A stretch of DNA of 44,313 nt from an uncultured Eubacteriales bacterium (GTDB lineage: Bacteria; Bacillota; Clostridia; Oscillospirales; Oscillospiraceae): NCBI GenBank assembly GCA_900551355.1, contig URVR01000001.1:1-44313 (forward strand), written 5' to 3'. Shown here piece after piece: positions 8,399 to 18,611 of this stretch. The notes below the pieces were generated by a model that worked only from the letters and a program-made list of their open reading frames with translations, was not told where the DNA came from and ran no database searches. Position numbers and translations under genes: made by a program. Positions within the stretch are counted from its first letter, which is position 1; each line of letters starts with the position of its first letter.

Positions 8399-9295
8399 AT
8401 GAAGAAACTGCTTGCAATGCTGCTGGCGCTGGTGATGACGATGGGCCTGATGGCCTGCGGCGCTCAGCCTGATACCTCCAACACGGACGGCGATGCTGCC
8501 GGCGGGGACACCGCCGTGACAGAGCCGGCCAACGCACTGGAAAAGATCAAGGCCGACGGCGTGCTGACCGTGGCCCTCAGCCCCGACTTCTCCCCCATGG
8601 AGTTCGTGGACTCCTCCAAGACCGGTCAGGACCAGTATGTGGGCTTTGACATCACCCTGGCCAAGTACATCGCCGAGAACCTGGGCGTGGAGCTGGTCAT
8701 CGAGCCCATGGGCTTTGACGCCAGCCAGACCGCCGTGTACACCGGCTCCGTACCCATGAGCATCTCCGGCTACTCCTGGACGGAGGAGAGAGCGCAGAAC
8801 TACGAGCTCAGCGACTACTACTACGCCGGCGAGAACGAGACGAGACAGGCCCTGCTGATCAAGAAGGAGAACGCCGACAAGTACACCTCCCCCGAGGATC
8901 TGGCCGGTCAGGACGTGGGCGCTCAGAACGCCTCCCTGCAGATGCAGCTGGTCACCGAGCAGCTGACGGACGCCAACCCCATCGCTATCGGCGATATCAC
9001 CGTGGGCGTTATGGAGCTGAAGAGCGGCAACATCGAGGCGCTGGCCGTGGCCTACGGCAACGCGGAGATGATCATCGACGCCAACCCCGATCTGGCCATC
9101 TGCACCTGGGAGTTTGACGTAAAGGCCGAGTACTCCGCCAACGTCATCATGATGCAGAAGGGCGAGACGGAGCTGCTGGACGCGGTGAACGCCATTCTGG
9201 CGCAGGCCAAGGACGCCAACCTGTACGACGGCTGGTACAAGGACGCCGTGGAGCTGGGCAAGAGCGAGAACGCGCAGGAGCTGACACTGGGCTGA
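8399..9295 (+). CDS. polar amino-acid ABC transporter substrate-binding lipoprotein (probably arginine-type)
   Basis: Lipobox LMAC, SPDFSPMEF, GFDITLA, ISGYSWTEER; ARG boxes upstream. Confidence 0.9.
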   Translation: MKKLLAMLLALVMTMGLMACGAQPDTSNTDGDAAGGDTAVTEPANALEKIKADGVLTVALSPDFSPMEFVDSSKTGQDQYVGFDITLAKYIAENLGVELVIEPMGFDASQTAVYTGSVPMSISGYSWTEERAQNYELSDYYYAGENETRQALLIKKENADKYTSPEDLAGQDVGAQNASLQMQLVTEQLTDANPIAIGDITVGVMELKSGNIEALAVAYGNAEMIIDANPDLAICTWEFDVKAEYSANVIMMQKGETELLDAVNAILAQAKDANLYDGWYKDAVELGKSENAQELTLG

Positions 9296-9310
9296 GTCCC
9301 GTGCCGATAT

Positions 9311-9350
9311 GACCGGCGGCGGATACACCCCCCTGTATCCGCCGCCGGTC
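9311..9350 (+). other. intercistronic stem-loop (possible mRNA stabiliser)
   Basis: GACCGGCGGCGGATACA / TGTATCCGCCGCCGGTC between binding-protein and permease genes, no U-tract. Confidence 0.6.
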
Positions 9351-9373
9351 CCTGAGACTGAGGGAGAACGATC

Positions 9374-10105
9374 ATGAAATTCATCGACTTTGAAAAGATG
9401 GCCGCGCTGTTCCTGAAATACTGGGACAAGTTCCTCATCGACGGCGTGGAGTACACACTGGCGCTGGCGGCCATCACCGTGGTCTTCGGCGCGGTGTTCG
9501 CCTCCGTGCTGGCGCTGATGAAGATGTCGAAGATACCGCCGCTGCGGTGGCTGTCCACCATCTACATCGAGATCATCCGCGGCACACCCATGCTGCTGCA
9601 GCTGTACTTCTTCTATTTCGGGCTGCCCATGCTGATCCCCGCCCTGACGAAGCAGAAATTCCTCTGCATCGCCATTGCCCTGATCTGCAACAGCGCCGCC
9701 TATGTGTCGGAGGTCATCCGTTCCGGCATCCAGGCGGTGGATCCCGGTCAGAAGGAGGCCGCCCTGAGCCTCGGCTTCAGCGAGAGCAGGGCCATGTGGT
9801 TCGTGGTGGTGCCCCAGGCGGTGAAGAACATCCTGCCGGCGCTGGGCAACGAGTTCATCATGATCGTCAAGGACACGTCCCTTGGCTCCACGTTCTTCAT
9901 CGGCGACCTGATGACCCAGTATCTGGTGGTAAAGGGCCCCACCTACCTGCCCATCGAGCCGCTGGTGATCGTGGGTATCATCTACTTCCTGATGACGTTC
10001 ATCCTCAGCAAGGTATTCGGACACTTTGAGCGGAGGATGCAGCGGGCCGACCGGCACAGCGGCTACGAACGCAGGCGCAAGCAGCAGCGGGAGGTGCATA
10101 TCTGA
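9374..10105 (+). CDS. amino-acid ABC transporter permease
   Basis: [42 protein letters not shown]. Confidence 0.95.
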   Translation: MKFIDFEKMAALFLKYWDKFLIDGVEYTLALAAITVVFGAVFASVLALMKMSKIPPLRWLSTIYIEIIRGTPMLLQLYFFYFGLPMLIPALTKQKFLCIAIALICNSAAYVSEVIRSGIQAVDPGQKEAALSLGFSESRAMWFVVVPQAVKNILPALGNEFIMIVKDTSLGSTFFIGDLMTQYLVVKGPTYLPIEPLVIVGIIYFLMTFILSKVFGHFERRMQRADRHSGYERRRKQQREVHI

Positions 10106-10845
10106 TGGCACAGGCACTCATTCAGGTGCATGACCTGAAAAAATACTACAACGGCGGCGACGTCAAGGCGCTGGACGGCGTGACCGTGGACATCTGCAAG
10201 GGCGATGTCATGGCCGTCATCGGCCCCTCCGGCGGCGGCAAGAGCACGTTCCTGCGGAGCCTGAACCTGCTGGAAACGCCCACGTCCGGCTCCATCATCT
10301 TCGACGGCGTGGACATCACCGGCAAAAAGGTGGACCTGCCCCTGCACCGGCAGAAGATGGGCATGGTGTTCCAGCATTTCAACCTGTTTCCCAACAAGAC
10401 GGTGCTGGACAACCTGACCATGGCGCCCATCAAGATCAAAAAGCAGTCCAAGGGTGAGGCGGAGGAGAAGGCCATGGCCCTGCTGCAGCGGGTGGGTCTT
10501 GCCGACCGCGCCCTCGACTGGCCGGCCCAGCTGTCCGGTGGGCAGAAGCAGCGCGTGGCCATCGTCCGGGCGCTGGCTATGGAGCCGGAGGTCATGCTGT
10601 TCGACGAGCCTACCTCCGCGCTGGACCCGGAGATGGTGGGCGAGGTGCTGGAGGTCATGAAGGAGCTGGCACAGTCCGGCATGACCATGGTGGTGGTGAC
10701 CCACGAGATGGCCTTCGCCCGGGAGGTGGGCAGCCGCGTGCTGTTCATGGACGCCGGGAAGATCGCCGAGCAGGGCACGCCGTCAGATATTTTTGACCAT
10801 CCCCAGAGTCCCCGGCTTCAGGATTTCCTGAAGAAGGTGCTGTGA
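10105..10845 (+). CDS. amino-acid ABC transporter ATP-binding protein (GlnQ family)
   Basis: [37 protein letters not shown]. Confidence 0.96.
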   Translation: MAQALIQVHDLKKYYNGGDVKALDGVTVDICKGDVMAVIGPSGGGKSTFLRSLNLLETPTSGSIIFDGVDITGKKVDLPLHRQKMGMVFQHFNLFPNKTVLDNLTMAPIKIKKQSKGEAEEKAMALLQRVGLADRALDWPAQLSGGQKQRVAIVRALAMEPEVMLFDEPTSALDPEMVGEVLEVMKELAQSGMTMVVVTHEMAFAREVGSRVLFMDAGKIAEQGTPSDIFDHPQSPRLQDFLKKVL

Positions 10846-10858
10846 AAAGGAGCAGACG

Positions 10859-12292
10859 ATGAACGAAGCAAAAAAGGCGGCGCTGGCCGCCATTGATGAT
10901 AAGAAGGAACTGGTGGCAGAGGTGGCGGACGCCATCTGGGACTACGCCGAGCTGTCCATGCAGGAGGTGAAGTCCGCCGCCCTGTTCGTCAAGGTGCTGA
11001 AGGACGAGGGCTTTCAGGTGGAGGAGGGCATCTGCGGCATCCCCACTGCCTTTTCCGCCTCCTACGGCAGCGGCAAGCCGGTCATCGGCCTGCTGGCGGA
11101 GTACGACGCCCTGTCGGGCCTTTCGCAGGCGGCGGGCAGCACCGAGTATCACGAGCTGGTGAAGGGCGGCAGCGGTCACGGCTGCGGCCATAACCTGCTG
11201 GGCGCCGGGGCCATGGCCGCCGCCATCGGTCTGAAGCAGTATCTGGCCCAGGCCGGCAAGAGCGGCACCGTCATTCTGTACGGCTGCCCCGGCGAGGAGG
11301 GCGTGGCCTCCAAGGCCTACATGGCCCGGGAGGGCCTGTGGTACGGGCTGGACGCGGCGCTGACCTGGCACCCCGGCGACAGCAGCGAGGTCGCCACCGG
11401 CTCCACCAACTCCTGCATCCAGATGGTCTATACGTTCCACGGTCTGGCGTCCCAGGCGTCCACCGCACCGGAGCGGGGGCGCAGCGCGCTGGACGCCGTG
11501 GAGCTGATGAACGTGGGCGTCCAGTTCCTGCGGGAGCACATGCCCCGTGACGCCCGGGTACACTACTCCATTCTGGACGCCGGCGGCGCCAGCCCCAACG
11601 TGGTGCAGCACCAGGCCAGCGTCCTGTACATGATCCGCTCCAACTTCGTCAAGGACTGCATGGCCCTGCATCAGCGGGTGGACAAGATCGCCCAGGGCGC
11701 TGCGCTGATGACGGACACCACCATCGAGCGCCGCTTTGTGGACGGCCTGTCCGACACCGTGTGCAACCACGCGCTGGAGAAGGTGCTGTACGACAACTTT
11801 GCCCAGCTGGGGGTGCCGTCCTGCACGGCGGAGGAGCATGCCTTCATGGAGGCGCTGTCCGGCACCTATCAGGGCCGGGACGTCCCCGGCGGCGTAGGCG
11901 CGGAGAACGATCCCGCCTTTGCCGAGAAGGTGAAGGCCATGCAGACCGGCCATTTCAACGACTTCCTGATGCCGCTGTACCAGGGCCCCGCCTTCAACGC
12001 CGGCTCCACCGACGTGGGCGACGTCAGCTATCAGTGCCCCACGGCCCAGATCCATGTGGCGGTGTGGCCCAACCATGTGCCCTGCCACAGCTGGCAGGTG
12101 GTATCCTGCAACAAGACGCCCATGGCCCACAAGGCCACTGTCCACGCCGGCAAGGTGCTGTGCGCCGCCGCCATCGACCTAATGGAGCAGCCGGAGCTGC
12201 TGGCTCAGGCCAAGGCGGAGTTCCTCAAGCGCACCGCCGGGGGCTATACCTGCCCCATCCCCGCCGACGCCGTTCCGGCGCCGCTGGACTGA
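10859..12292 (+). CDS. M20 amidohydrolase, AbgB-like
   Basis: AEYDAL, GHGCGHNLLG, GCPGEE, LTWHP, GRSALDAVELMNVG, GSTDVGDVS, HSWQ. Confidence 0.9.
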   Translation: MNEAKKAALAAIDDKKELVAEVADAIWDYAELSMQEVKSAALFVKVLKDEGFQVEEGICGIPTAFSASYGSGKPVIGLLAEYDALSGLSQAAGSTEYHELVKGGSGHGCGHNLLGAGAMAAAIGLKQYLAQAGKSGTVILYGCPGEEGVASKAYMAREGLWYGLDAALTWHPGDSSEVATGSTNSCIQMVYTFHGLASQASTAPERGRSALDAVELMNVGVQFLREHMPRDARVHYSILDAGGASPNVVQHQASVLYMIRSNFVKDCMALHQRVDKIAQGAALMTDTTIERRFVDGLSDTVCNHALEKVLYDNFAQLGVPSCTAEEHAFMEALSGTYQGRDVPGGVGAENDPAFAEKVKAMQTGHFNDFLMPLYQGPAFNAGSTDVGDVSYQCPTAQIHVAVWPNHVPCHSWQVVSCNKTPMAHKATVHAGKVLCAAAIDLMEQPELLAQAKAEFLKRTAGGYTCPIPADAVPAPLD

Positions 12293-12303
12293 ATCTCACA
12301 ACG

Positions 12304-12343
12304 AAAAGAGCCGTCCCCGGCTGTGCCGGGGACGGCTCTTTTT
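12304..12343. terminator. bidirectional intrinsic terminator
   Basis: AAAAGAGCCGTCCCCGGC / GCCGGGGACGGCTCTTTTT between convergent genes. Confidence 0.9.
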
Positions 12344-13209
12344 CACTTTGCTTCGGGCAGCGCGCCCTGATACTGCCGCTTCAGGAACGACAGGAACAGC
12401 CTTGCCGGGGAGTTGGTCGCCGGCATAGCCTTCACCGCCACGCCCAGCCGCCGGGACAGCGGCTGATCCAGCGGGATGACCTTTACCTGATTCTCGTACC
12501 CCGCCAGCGAGAAGGCGGACAGCACCGACACGCCCAGGCCCCCCGCCACCATGGACAGTATGGCCCCGTCGTCGGAGGCCGTCACCTCCAGCCGGGGGGT
12601 ATCCGCGGGCAGGTACTGCTCCACATACTGCTCGGGGCTGGACAGGAACGGCTCCTGCAGCAGCCGGGCCAGAGAGATGGTGTCCTCCCGCCACGGGAAG
12701 TCCGGCGGTGTCACCGCCACCAGCGGCGCGTCCGTCAGCGGCGTCCACTGGAAACCCCGGGCGCAGACCTCGTCTACGATGGCCAGCTGGATGCGGTCCT
12801 CCTCCAGCGCGGCGGCCAGCTCGTTGCCCTGCACCAGCACGTCCACCTTGATCTCCGGGTGCTGCTTGCGGAACCTCCGCAGCAGCTCCGGCAGCCGGGC
12901 CCGGGCGATGCTGGCAAAGCAGCCGATGCGCAGGGTGCGGCCGTAGGTCTGGCCCTGCTCCTCCGCCTCCCGCCGCAGGGTGTCGCAGGCGTCGATGACA
13001 CTCTGGATATAGGGCAGCAGATGCTCCCCCTCCTCCGACAGGCGGACGCCCTTGCTGCTGCGCAGCAGCAGCGTACAGCCCAGCTCCGCCTCCAGCTTGC
13101 TGACCAGATGGGTCATGGCCGACTGGGTGTATCCCAGCTGCGCGGCGGCCTTTCCAAAGCTGCCGCACTGTACGGCCGTCAGCAGCGCCCGCAGCTTGCT
13201 ATCATCCAT
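12343..13209 (-). CDS. LysR family transcriptional regulator
   Basis: GSFGKAAAQLGYTQSAMTHLVSKLEAELG HTH; substrate-binding domain; GAGG RBS at ATG 13209; divergent from brnQ. Confidence 0.93.
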   Translation of the reverse strand: MDDSKLRALLTAVQCGSFGKAAAQLGYTQSAMTHLVSKLEAELGCTLLLRSSKGVRLSEEGEHLLPYIQSVIDACDTLRREAEEQGQTYGRTLRIGCFASIARARLPELLRRFRKQHPEIKVDVLVQGNELAAALEEDRIQLAIVDEVCARGFQWTPLTDAPLVAVTPPDFPWREDTISLARLLQEPFLSSPEQYVEQYLPADTPRLEVTASDDGAILSMVAGGLGVSVLSAFSLAGYENQVKVIPLDQPLSRRLGVAVKAMPATNSPARLFLSFLKRQYQGALPEAK

Positions 13210-13474
13210 AGGAACCTCGCTTTCGACATTTTGCACAATTGTTTTAGAAGTATTTTTCAATATATCACAACGCGAAGTCGTTTTCAACAGGGTTTTTGTC
13301 AATTCTCTGCCGGTTTTATCCAGTTTCTTGTAAATATTTTTCGCGCCATCAGTTTTTTTCATGCCCCCATCAATAATGCTCAATTCCATAGTCATGAAAA
13401 AAATGTTACCCTATATTTACGTTTTGCATGACCAGTGTTCAGCAAAACTTGTAACAAAGGAGAGAAAAGGAACT

Positions 13475-14791
13475 ATGCAGAAGAAAAACAACACCATCCG
13501 GGATATCATTGTCGTGGGCTTTGCGCTGTTTTCCATGTTCTTCGGCGCGGGCAACGTGATCTTCCCGCCCTATCTGGGCATAGAGGCCGGCCCTCAGTGG
13601 CTGGCGGGCTTCTCCGCCTACTTCATCGCCGACATCGGTCTGGCGCTGCTGGGTATGTTCGCCCTGCTGCGCGTGGGCAGCAGCGAGGCTGTGACCCTCC
13701 GCGTGGGCAAGGTGCCCTCCGAGATCCTGATGTGCGCCATCATCCTGTGCATCGGCCCCATGGTGGCCATCCCCCGCACCTCCGCCACCACCTTCGAGAT
13801 GGCCATTGCCCCCAACCTGTCCGGCGTGTCCCCTGTGCTGTTTTCCGTGCTGTTCTTCGCGGTGATCCTGGCCCTGTGCATCAAGGAGTCCGCCGTGGTG
13901 GATATCGTGGGCAAGATCCTGACGCCGCTGCTGCTGCTGGGTCTGTTCGCCATCATCGTCAAGGGCATCGTCACCCCGCTGGGTGAGATCGCCGCCCTGC
14001 CCCAGATCGCCAACGTGGCCGTTACCGGCATCAAGGCCGGCTACCAGACCATGGACGCCCTGGCCGCGCTGCCCTTCGGCATCATCGTGCTGCAGAGCGT
14101 CACCGCCAAGGGCTACGACAGCGGCAAAAAGCAGTTCCGCGTTGTCAGCGGCGCCGCCGTACTGGCCGGCGTTCTGCTGCTGGCCGTGTACATGGGCCTT
14201 GCCTATCTGGGCGCCACCGTGTCCGCCCAGTACACCGGCGCCATCGGCCGTGCCCAGCTGATCATGGCCATTGTGGAGGCCCTGATGGGCAAGGTGGGCA
14301 TGATCCTGTTCGGCGTTGTCGTGGGTCTGGCCTGCGTCACCACCGCCATCGCCCTGACCAGCTCCGCCGCCGCCTACTTTGCCGAGCTGTGCCGCGGCAA
14401 GGTACCCTACAAGGCGTTCGTCATCGCCATCTGCGTGTTCAGCGCCGTGGTGTCCAATCTGGGCCTCGACCGCATCGTGGCCGTGGCCGCCCCCGTGCTG
14501 GACGTGATCTATCCCCCCACGCTGGTGCTGATCTTCATCTCCCTGCTGATGCCCCGGATCCCGGACCGCGTCAGCCGCGGCGCCGTCATCGGCGCGCTGA
14601 TCACCAGTGTGCTGTGCACCCTTACCGCCCACGGTGTCCGCATCCCCTTCGTGGCCAGCCTGCCCCTGTACGATCTGGGCCTGAGCTGGCTGCTCCCCGC
14701 CGCTGTTTTCGGTCTGGCAGCCTCCCTTCTGCCCGGCCATTCCCGTACTCATGAAGAGCGTGTCTTCCAGCGCCCCAATGAGGAACACTGA
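13475..14791 (+). CDS. brnQ: branched-chain amino acid transport system II carrier
   Basis: FALFSMFFGAGNVIFPP, IGPMVAIPRT, VGKILTP, GYQTMDALA, LACVTTAI. Confidence 0.95.
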   Translation: MQKKNNTIRDIIVVGFALFSMFFGAGNVIFPPYLGIEAGPQWLAGFSAYFIADIGLALLGMFALLRVGSSEAVTLRVGKVPSEILMCAIILCIGPMVAIPRTSATTFEMAIAPNLSGVSPVLFSVLFFAVILALCIKESAVVDIVGKILTPLLLLGLFAIIVKGIVTPLGEIAALPQIANVAVTGIKAGYQTMDALAALPFGIIVLQSVTAKGYDSGKKQFRVVSGAAVLAGVLLLAVYMGLAYLGATVSAQYTGAIGRAQLIMAIVEALMGKVGMILFGVVVGLACVTTAIALTSSAAAYFAELCRGKVPYKAFVIAICVFSAVVSNLGLDRIVAVAAPVLDVIYPPTLVLIFISLLMPRIPDRVSRGAVIGALITSVLCTLTAHGVRIPFVASLPLYDLGLSWLLPAAVFGLAASLLPGHSRTHEERVFQRPNEEH

Positions 14792-14815
14792 TCGGCGAAA
14801 GCCGTCTCTCCCCTT

Positions 14816-14853
14816 AAAGCAGAGGGCCGTCCGGCGGACGGCCCTCTGCTTTT
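14816..14853 (+). terminator. intrinsic terminator after brnQ
   Basis: AAAGCAGAGGGCCGTCC / GGACGGCCCTCTGCTTTT. Confidence 0.85.
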
Positions 14854-14935
14854 GCGCGTTTTCCGAAACCTTAACGTACCCTTAGCGTCCGGCGGGCGTA
14901 TAATACGGCATCAAAAAGAGAAACGGGGCGAAGTG

Positions 14936-15856
14936 ATGGATATTTGGAAGGAGCTGCGTGACGAGGGCATCGACCCGGCGCTGCTGGAGGAGATACAGCA
15001 CTTCCGGGCGGCGCATCCCGTGCCGCCGGAGGCGGAGGCCCGGATCCCCGTGCCCCAGTGCCTTTACTACGGCAGGGAGGTCTGGGAGAGCGCGGCGGCG
15101 GCGCTTCTGTGCGGCCAGCACCTGCTGTTGGCAGGGCCGAAGGCCACCGGCAAGAACGTGCTGGCGGAGAATCTGGCCGCCGTGTTCGGCCGCCCCGTGT
15201 GGGACGTGTCCATGTACGTCAACGTGGACGCTGCCGCCCTCATCGGCGCGGACACCCTGCAAAAAGGCGAGGTGGTGTTCCGGGAGGGGCCTATCTGCCG
15301 CTGCGCCCGGCTGGGCGGCTTCGGCGTGCTGGATGAGGTGAACATGGCCAAAAACGAGGCGTTGGCTGTGCTCCACGCCACGCTGGATCACCGGCGGGTC
15401 ATCGACGTGCCGGGCTATGAGCGCATTACGCTGGACAACGCTACCCGCTTCATCGGCACCATGAACTACGGCTACGCCGGTACACGCGAGCTGAATGAGG
15501 CACTGGTATCCCGCTTTGCGGTGCTGGATATGCCGGTGATCTCCGATACCGACCTGCAAAAGCTGCTGCGCCGCACGTTCCCTGCCCTGTCGGCCAAGTG
15601 GGCGGAGCAATTCGCCCTGCTGTTCCGCGACCTGCGGCAGAAGTGCGACAGCGGCGAGATCTCCACCAAGACGCTGGATCTCCGGGGTCTGCTGGCGGCG
15701 CTGCGCCTGATGGAGACGGGCATCCCCTCCGGACAGGCCCTGAAGCTGGGCATCATCAACAAGGCCTTTGAGCCCTTTGAGCGGCAGCTGGCCGCCGACA
15801 CGGTCTGGGCGCGGATCCCCCAGGATCTCAGCGGCAGCCAGCTATTCGGAGCGTGA
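14936..15856 (+). CDS. MoxR-like AAA+ ATPase (CbbQ/NirQ/NorQ type)
   Basis: Walker A GPKATGKN, Walker B VLDEVN, TMNYGYAGTRELNEALVSRF. Confidence 0.9.
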   Translation: MDIWKELRDEGIDPALLEEIQHFRAAHPVPPEAEARIPVPQCLYYGREVWESAAAALLCGQHLLLAGPKATGKNVLAENLAAVFGRPVWDVSMYVNVDAAALIGADTLQKGEVVFREGPICRCARLGGFGVLDEVNMAKNEALAVLHATLDHRRVIDVPGYERITLDNATRFIGTMNYGYAGTRELNEALVSRFAVLDMPVISDTDLQKLLRRTFPALSAKWAEQFALLFRDLRQKCDSGEISTKTLDLRGLLAALRLMETGIPSGQALKLGIINKAFEPFERQLAADTVWARIPQDLSGSQLFGA

Positions 15857-15857
15857 C

Positions 15858-17555
15858 ATGGAGCGGCAGGAATTGCAGAACCGCCGGGCGGTCAATCAGA
15901 TCTGGAACGGCGCAGGCCGCTATGATGTGCAGCCGGAGCAGGCCGCCTTCGACGAGGGCGGCGACCCGGAGCTGTACATGAACACGGTGATGGGTCTTGC
16001 CCGGCGGGACTACGACTTTGCCCGCTTCCAGCCCATGCTCCATGCCTTTCAGCAGCAGCCGCAGGGCGGGCTGTACGGCGACATCTTCTGGCTGGGGCTG
16101 GAGCACGCCGTCTACGAAAAGGAGGCGCCCCGCCGTCCGGCGCTGGAGGCGCTGCGGCGGCAGCACGCCCACCGTCTGCTGGCAGTGAGCGGTGAGGCCG
16201 GCGATCCCCGGCAGATCCCGGCGCTGCGCCGGATCTGGGCATCCCGGGTGCTGGGGCAGCCCCATACGGAGGATGACTGGCAGACGGCTCTGCTGGATGA
16301 GCTGGCCTTCGCCCCCGAGCTGGATGAGCAGCAGCTGATCCACCGGACAGAGGAGCTGCTGTACCGGTACTTCCGCCGGGCGCGGCGCAGCGTCACCGAC
16401 CGCCAGTGGGCGGCGTGGGCCGGACGCTCCCTGACAAAGGGCGGCGGTGTACGGTTCATCAAGCCCAACGCCCTGCGGGCGCTGTCCCACACGGACAGCG
16501 GCGGCGGTGCAGGACAAGCTCCGAAGCTCCTGTCGTTTTTGCAGGGACGCACGCCGGAGCCGATTTTACGCCGCTATGTAGAGGACTGCTTCGGCGTATC
16601 CATGCTGACGCCGCCGGAGCTGGCGGAGGCGGAGCGCCTGCTGTGTACCGGCGTCCACAAAAACTGCCGCCTGCACTTTACCAAGGGCGCGCCGCCGGAT
16701 CGTCCCCCCGCCCCCAACGCCGCGTGGGACGCGGAGCACTTCCGGCAGCAGCGGGCCAAAAACCGCGCCTACTATCAGGCACACCTCGCCGAAAACCAAA
16801 TGACCCTTCACCAGCTGACACAAAAGCTGCAAAACGTCCTGCTGCTGCGGCAGGATGACGGCGGCACGGGGGCGCGGGCGGGCCGGCTCCAGCCGTCGCT
16901 GGCGTGGCGGGCCGCCGCGCTGGACGATGAGCAGGTGTTCCTGCGCCGCAGTCCTGACGAGCCGGACGAGCTGTCGGTGGACATCCTGCTGGACGGCTCC
17001 GCCTCCCAGAATCTCCAGCAGGAGAAGCTGGCTACTCAGGCGTACCTTATCGCGGAGAGCCTGACGCGGTGCCATATCCCGGTGCGGGTCAGCTTTTTCT
17101 GCTCTGTCAGCGGCTGCACGGTGCTTCGGATCCTCCGGGACTTCGGCCATCCGGAGGAGAACGACGCCTGCTTCGACTACACCGCCGCCGGATGGAACCG
17201 GGACGGTCTGGCGCTGCGGGCCATGGGCTGGCTCATGCGCCGCAGCACCGAGCCGAACCGGCTGCTGCTCCTGCTGTCCGATGCCAGCCCCAACGACGAC
17301 CAGCGCATCCCCATCGGCGCGCTGCCGCTGGGCGGCCACAGCTACAGCGGCAGGCGGGGCGTGGAGGATGCCGCCGGGGAGACAGCCGTTCTCCGGCGGC
17401 AGGGCATCCGCCCGGTGTGCATCTTCACCGGCTCCGATCAGGAGCTGGACAACGCCCGCCGCATCTACGGTGCGGCGCTGGAGCGCATCCCCACCGCCGG
17501 GTGGCTGGCGGACGCGGTCAGCCGCCTGCTGTGTGCCCAGCTGACGAGAACGTAA
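15858..17555 (+). CDS. VWA-domain partner protein (NorD/CobT-like C-terminus)
   Basis: MIDAS ILLDGSAS, GWNRDGLALR, LLLLSDASPND; starts 1 nt after the ATPase stop. Confidence 0.85.
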   Translation: MERQELQNRRAVNQIWNGAGRYDVQPEQAAFDEGGDPELYMNTVMGLARRDYDFARFQPMLHAFQQQPQGGLYGDIFWLGLEHAVYEKEAPRRPALEALRRQHAHRLLAVSGEAGDPRQIPALRRIWASRVLGQPHTEDDWQTALLDELAFAPELDEQQLIHRTEELLYRYFRRARRSVTDRQWAAWAGRSLTKGGGVRFIKPNALRALSHTDSGGGAGQAPKLLSFLQGRTPEPILRRYVEDCFGVSMLTPPELAEAERLLCTGVHKNCRLHFTKGAPPDRPPAPNAAWDAEHFRQQRAKNRAYYQAHLAENQMTLHQLTQKLQNVLLLRQDDGGTGARAGRLQPSLAWRAAALDDEQVFLRRSPDEPDELSVDILLDGSASQNLQQEKLATQAYLIAESLTRCHIPVRVSFFCSVSGCTVLRILRDFGHPEENDACFDYTAAGWNRDGLALRAMGWLMRRSTEPNRLLLLLSDASPNDDQRIPIGALPLGGHSYSGRRGVEDAAGETAVLRRQGIRPVCIFTGSDQELDNARRIYGAALERIPTAGWLADAVSRLLCAQLTRT

Positions 17556-17564
17556 CAGACGCGA

Positions 17565-17600
17565 AAGAGAGCCGCTCAAGGGCGGCTCTCTCTTATTTTT
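17565..17600. terminator. terminator between convergent genes
   Basis: AGAGAGCCGC / GCGGCTCTCT followed by T-rich tract. Confidence 0.7.
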
Positions 17601-18611
17601 TCACCCCAGCTGGGCGGCGGCTTTTTCCGCGAAGCTGTTATCCACCAGACGGCTGAAATCCACCCAGTCCGCCTTCTGCAGCTCGCCGGCCTCGGTCATC
17701 ACCGCCTCCAGCCGCTCCAGCGCGGCCTGCTCCATCATGGGCACGGCGTTCCACGCGTCGATCTGCCGGTGGCGGGCGGTGACGGCCTCCAGCACGTCAA
17801 GGCTGGTGTCGGGGAACTGATCGCAGATGGCCTCCGCCACCTCCCGGTCGGTGTGCTCCGTGATCCAGCGCTGCGCCCGGGCGATGGCGTTGGTAAAGCC
17901 CTGCACCACCCCGGGATGAGCCTCCATATAGCTCTGACTGGCAAAATAGGCGGTGTAGGGGATCTCGCCGGACTCCTCGCCGATGGAGCAGAGGACATAG
18001 CCGTGTCCGGCCCGCTCCACCTCGGTGGCGGTGGGCTCAAACAGCGTCACATAGTCCCCCTGCCCGCCGGTAAAGGCACCGGCCATCATGTTGAACTGCA
18101 CGGAGGTGTCCACCACCGCGTCCACCTGCGGAACGACGCCGTTCTGCTTCATCACATACTCCAGCGTCATCTCCGGCACGCCGCCCTTGCGGCCGCCGAT
18201 GACCGTACTGCCCCGCAGATCATCCCAGGAGAAGTTGCCGCCGGTGCGGCCCACCAGGAACGAGCCGTCACGCTTGGTCAGCTGCGCGAAGATCATGGGA
18301 TGATCGTCCTTGCCCTGGTTGTAAATGTAGATGCAGCTCTCCGGCCCGGCCAACCCGATGTCGGCGCTGCCGGACACCACGGCGGTCATGACCTTATCCG
18401 CGCCGCCGCCGTTGGTCAGCTCCACATCCAGCCCCTCGTCGGCGAAGAACCCCTGGCTCATGGCCACATACTGCGGCGCATAGAATACGGAGTGGGTCAC
18501 CTCGTTGAGCCGGACGGTGACGGACGCGGTCTGTCCGCCGCTGCCGCAGCCGGTGAGCAGCACCGGCAGCAGCAGGGCGGCGACGCAGAAAAATGTCAGC
18601 AGTTTTTTCAT
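17601..18611 (-). CDS. ABC transporter substrate-binding lipoprotein, NMT1/SsuA/THI5 family (YtlA-like)
   Basis: Lipobox LTGC; EVTHSVFYAPQYVA, GGADKVMTA, QLTKRDGSFLVGR, GGRKGGVPEM. Confidence 0.9.
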   Translation of the reverse strand: MKKLLTFFCVAALLLPVLLTGCGSGGQTASVTVRLNEVTHSVFYAPQYVAMSQGFFADEGLDVELTNGGGADKVMTAVVSGSADIGLAGPESCIYIYNQGKDDHPMIFAQLTKRDGSFLVGRTGGNFSWDDLRGSTVIGGRKGGVPEMTLEYVMKQNGVVPQVDAVVDTSVQFNMMAGAFTGGQGDYVTLFEPTATEVERAGHGYVLCSIGEESGEIPYTAYFASQSYMEAHPGVVQGFTNAIARAQRWITEHTDREVAEAICDQFPDTSLDVLEAVTARHRQIDAWNAVPMMEQAALERLEAVMTEAGELQKADWVDFSRLVDNSFAEKAAAQLG

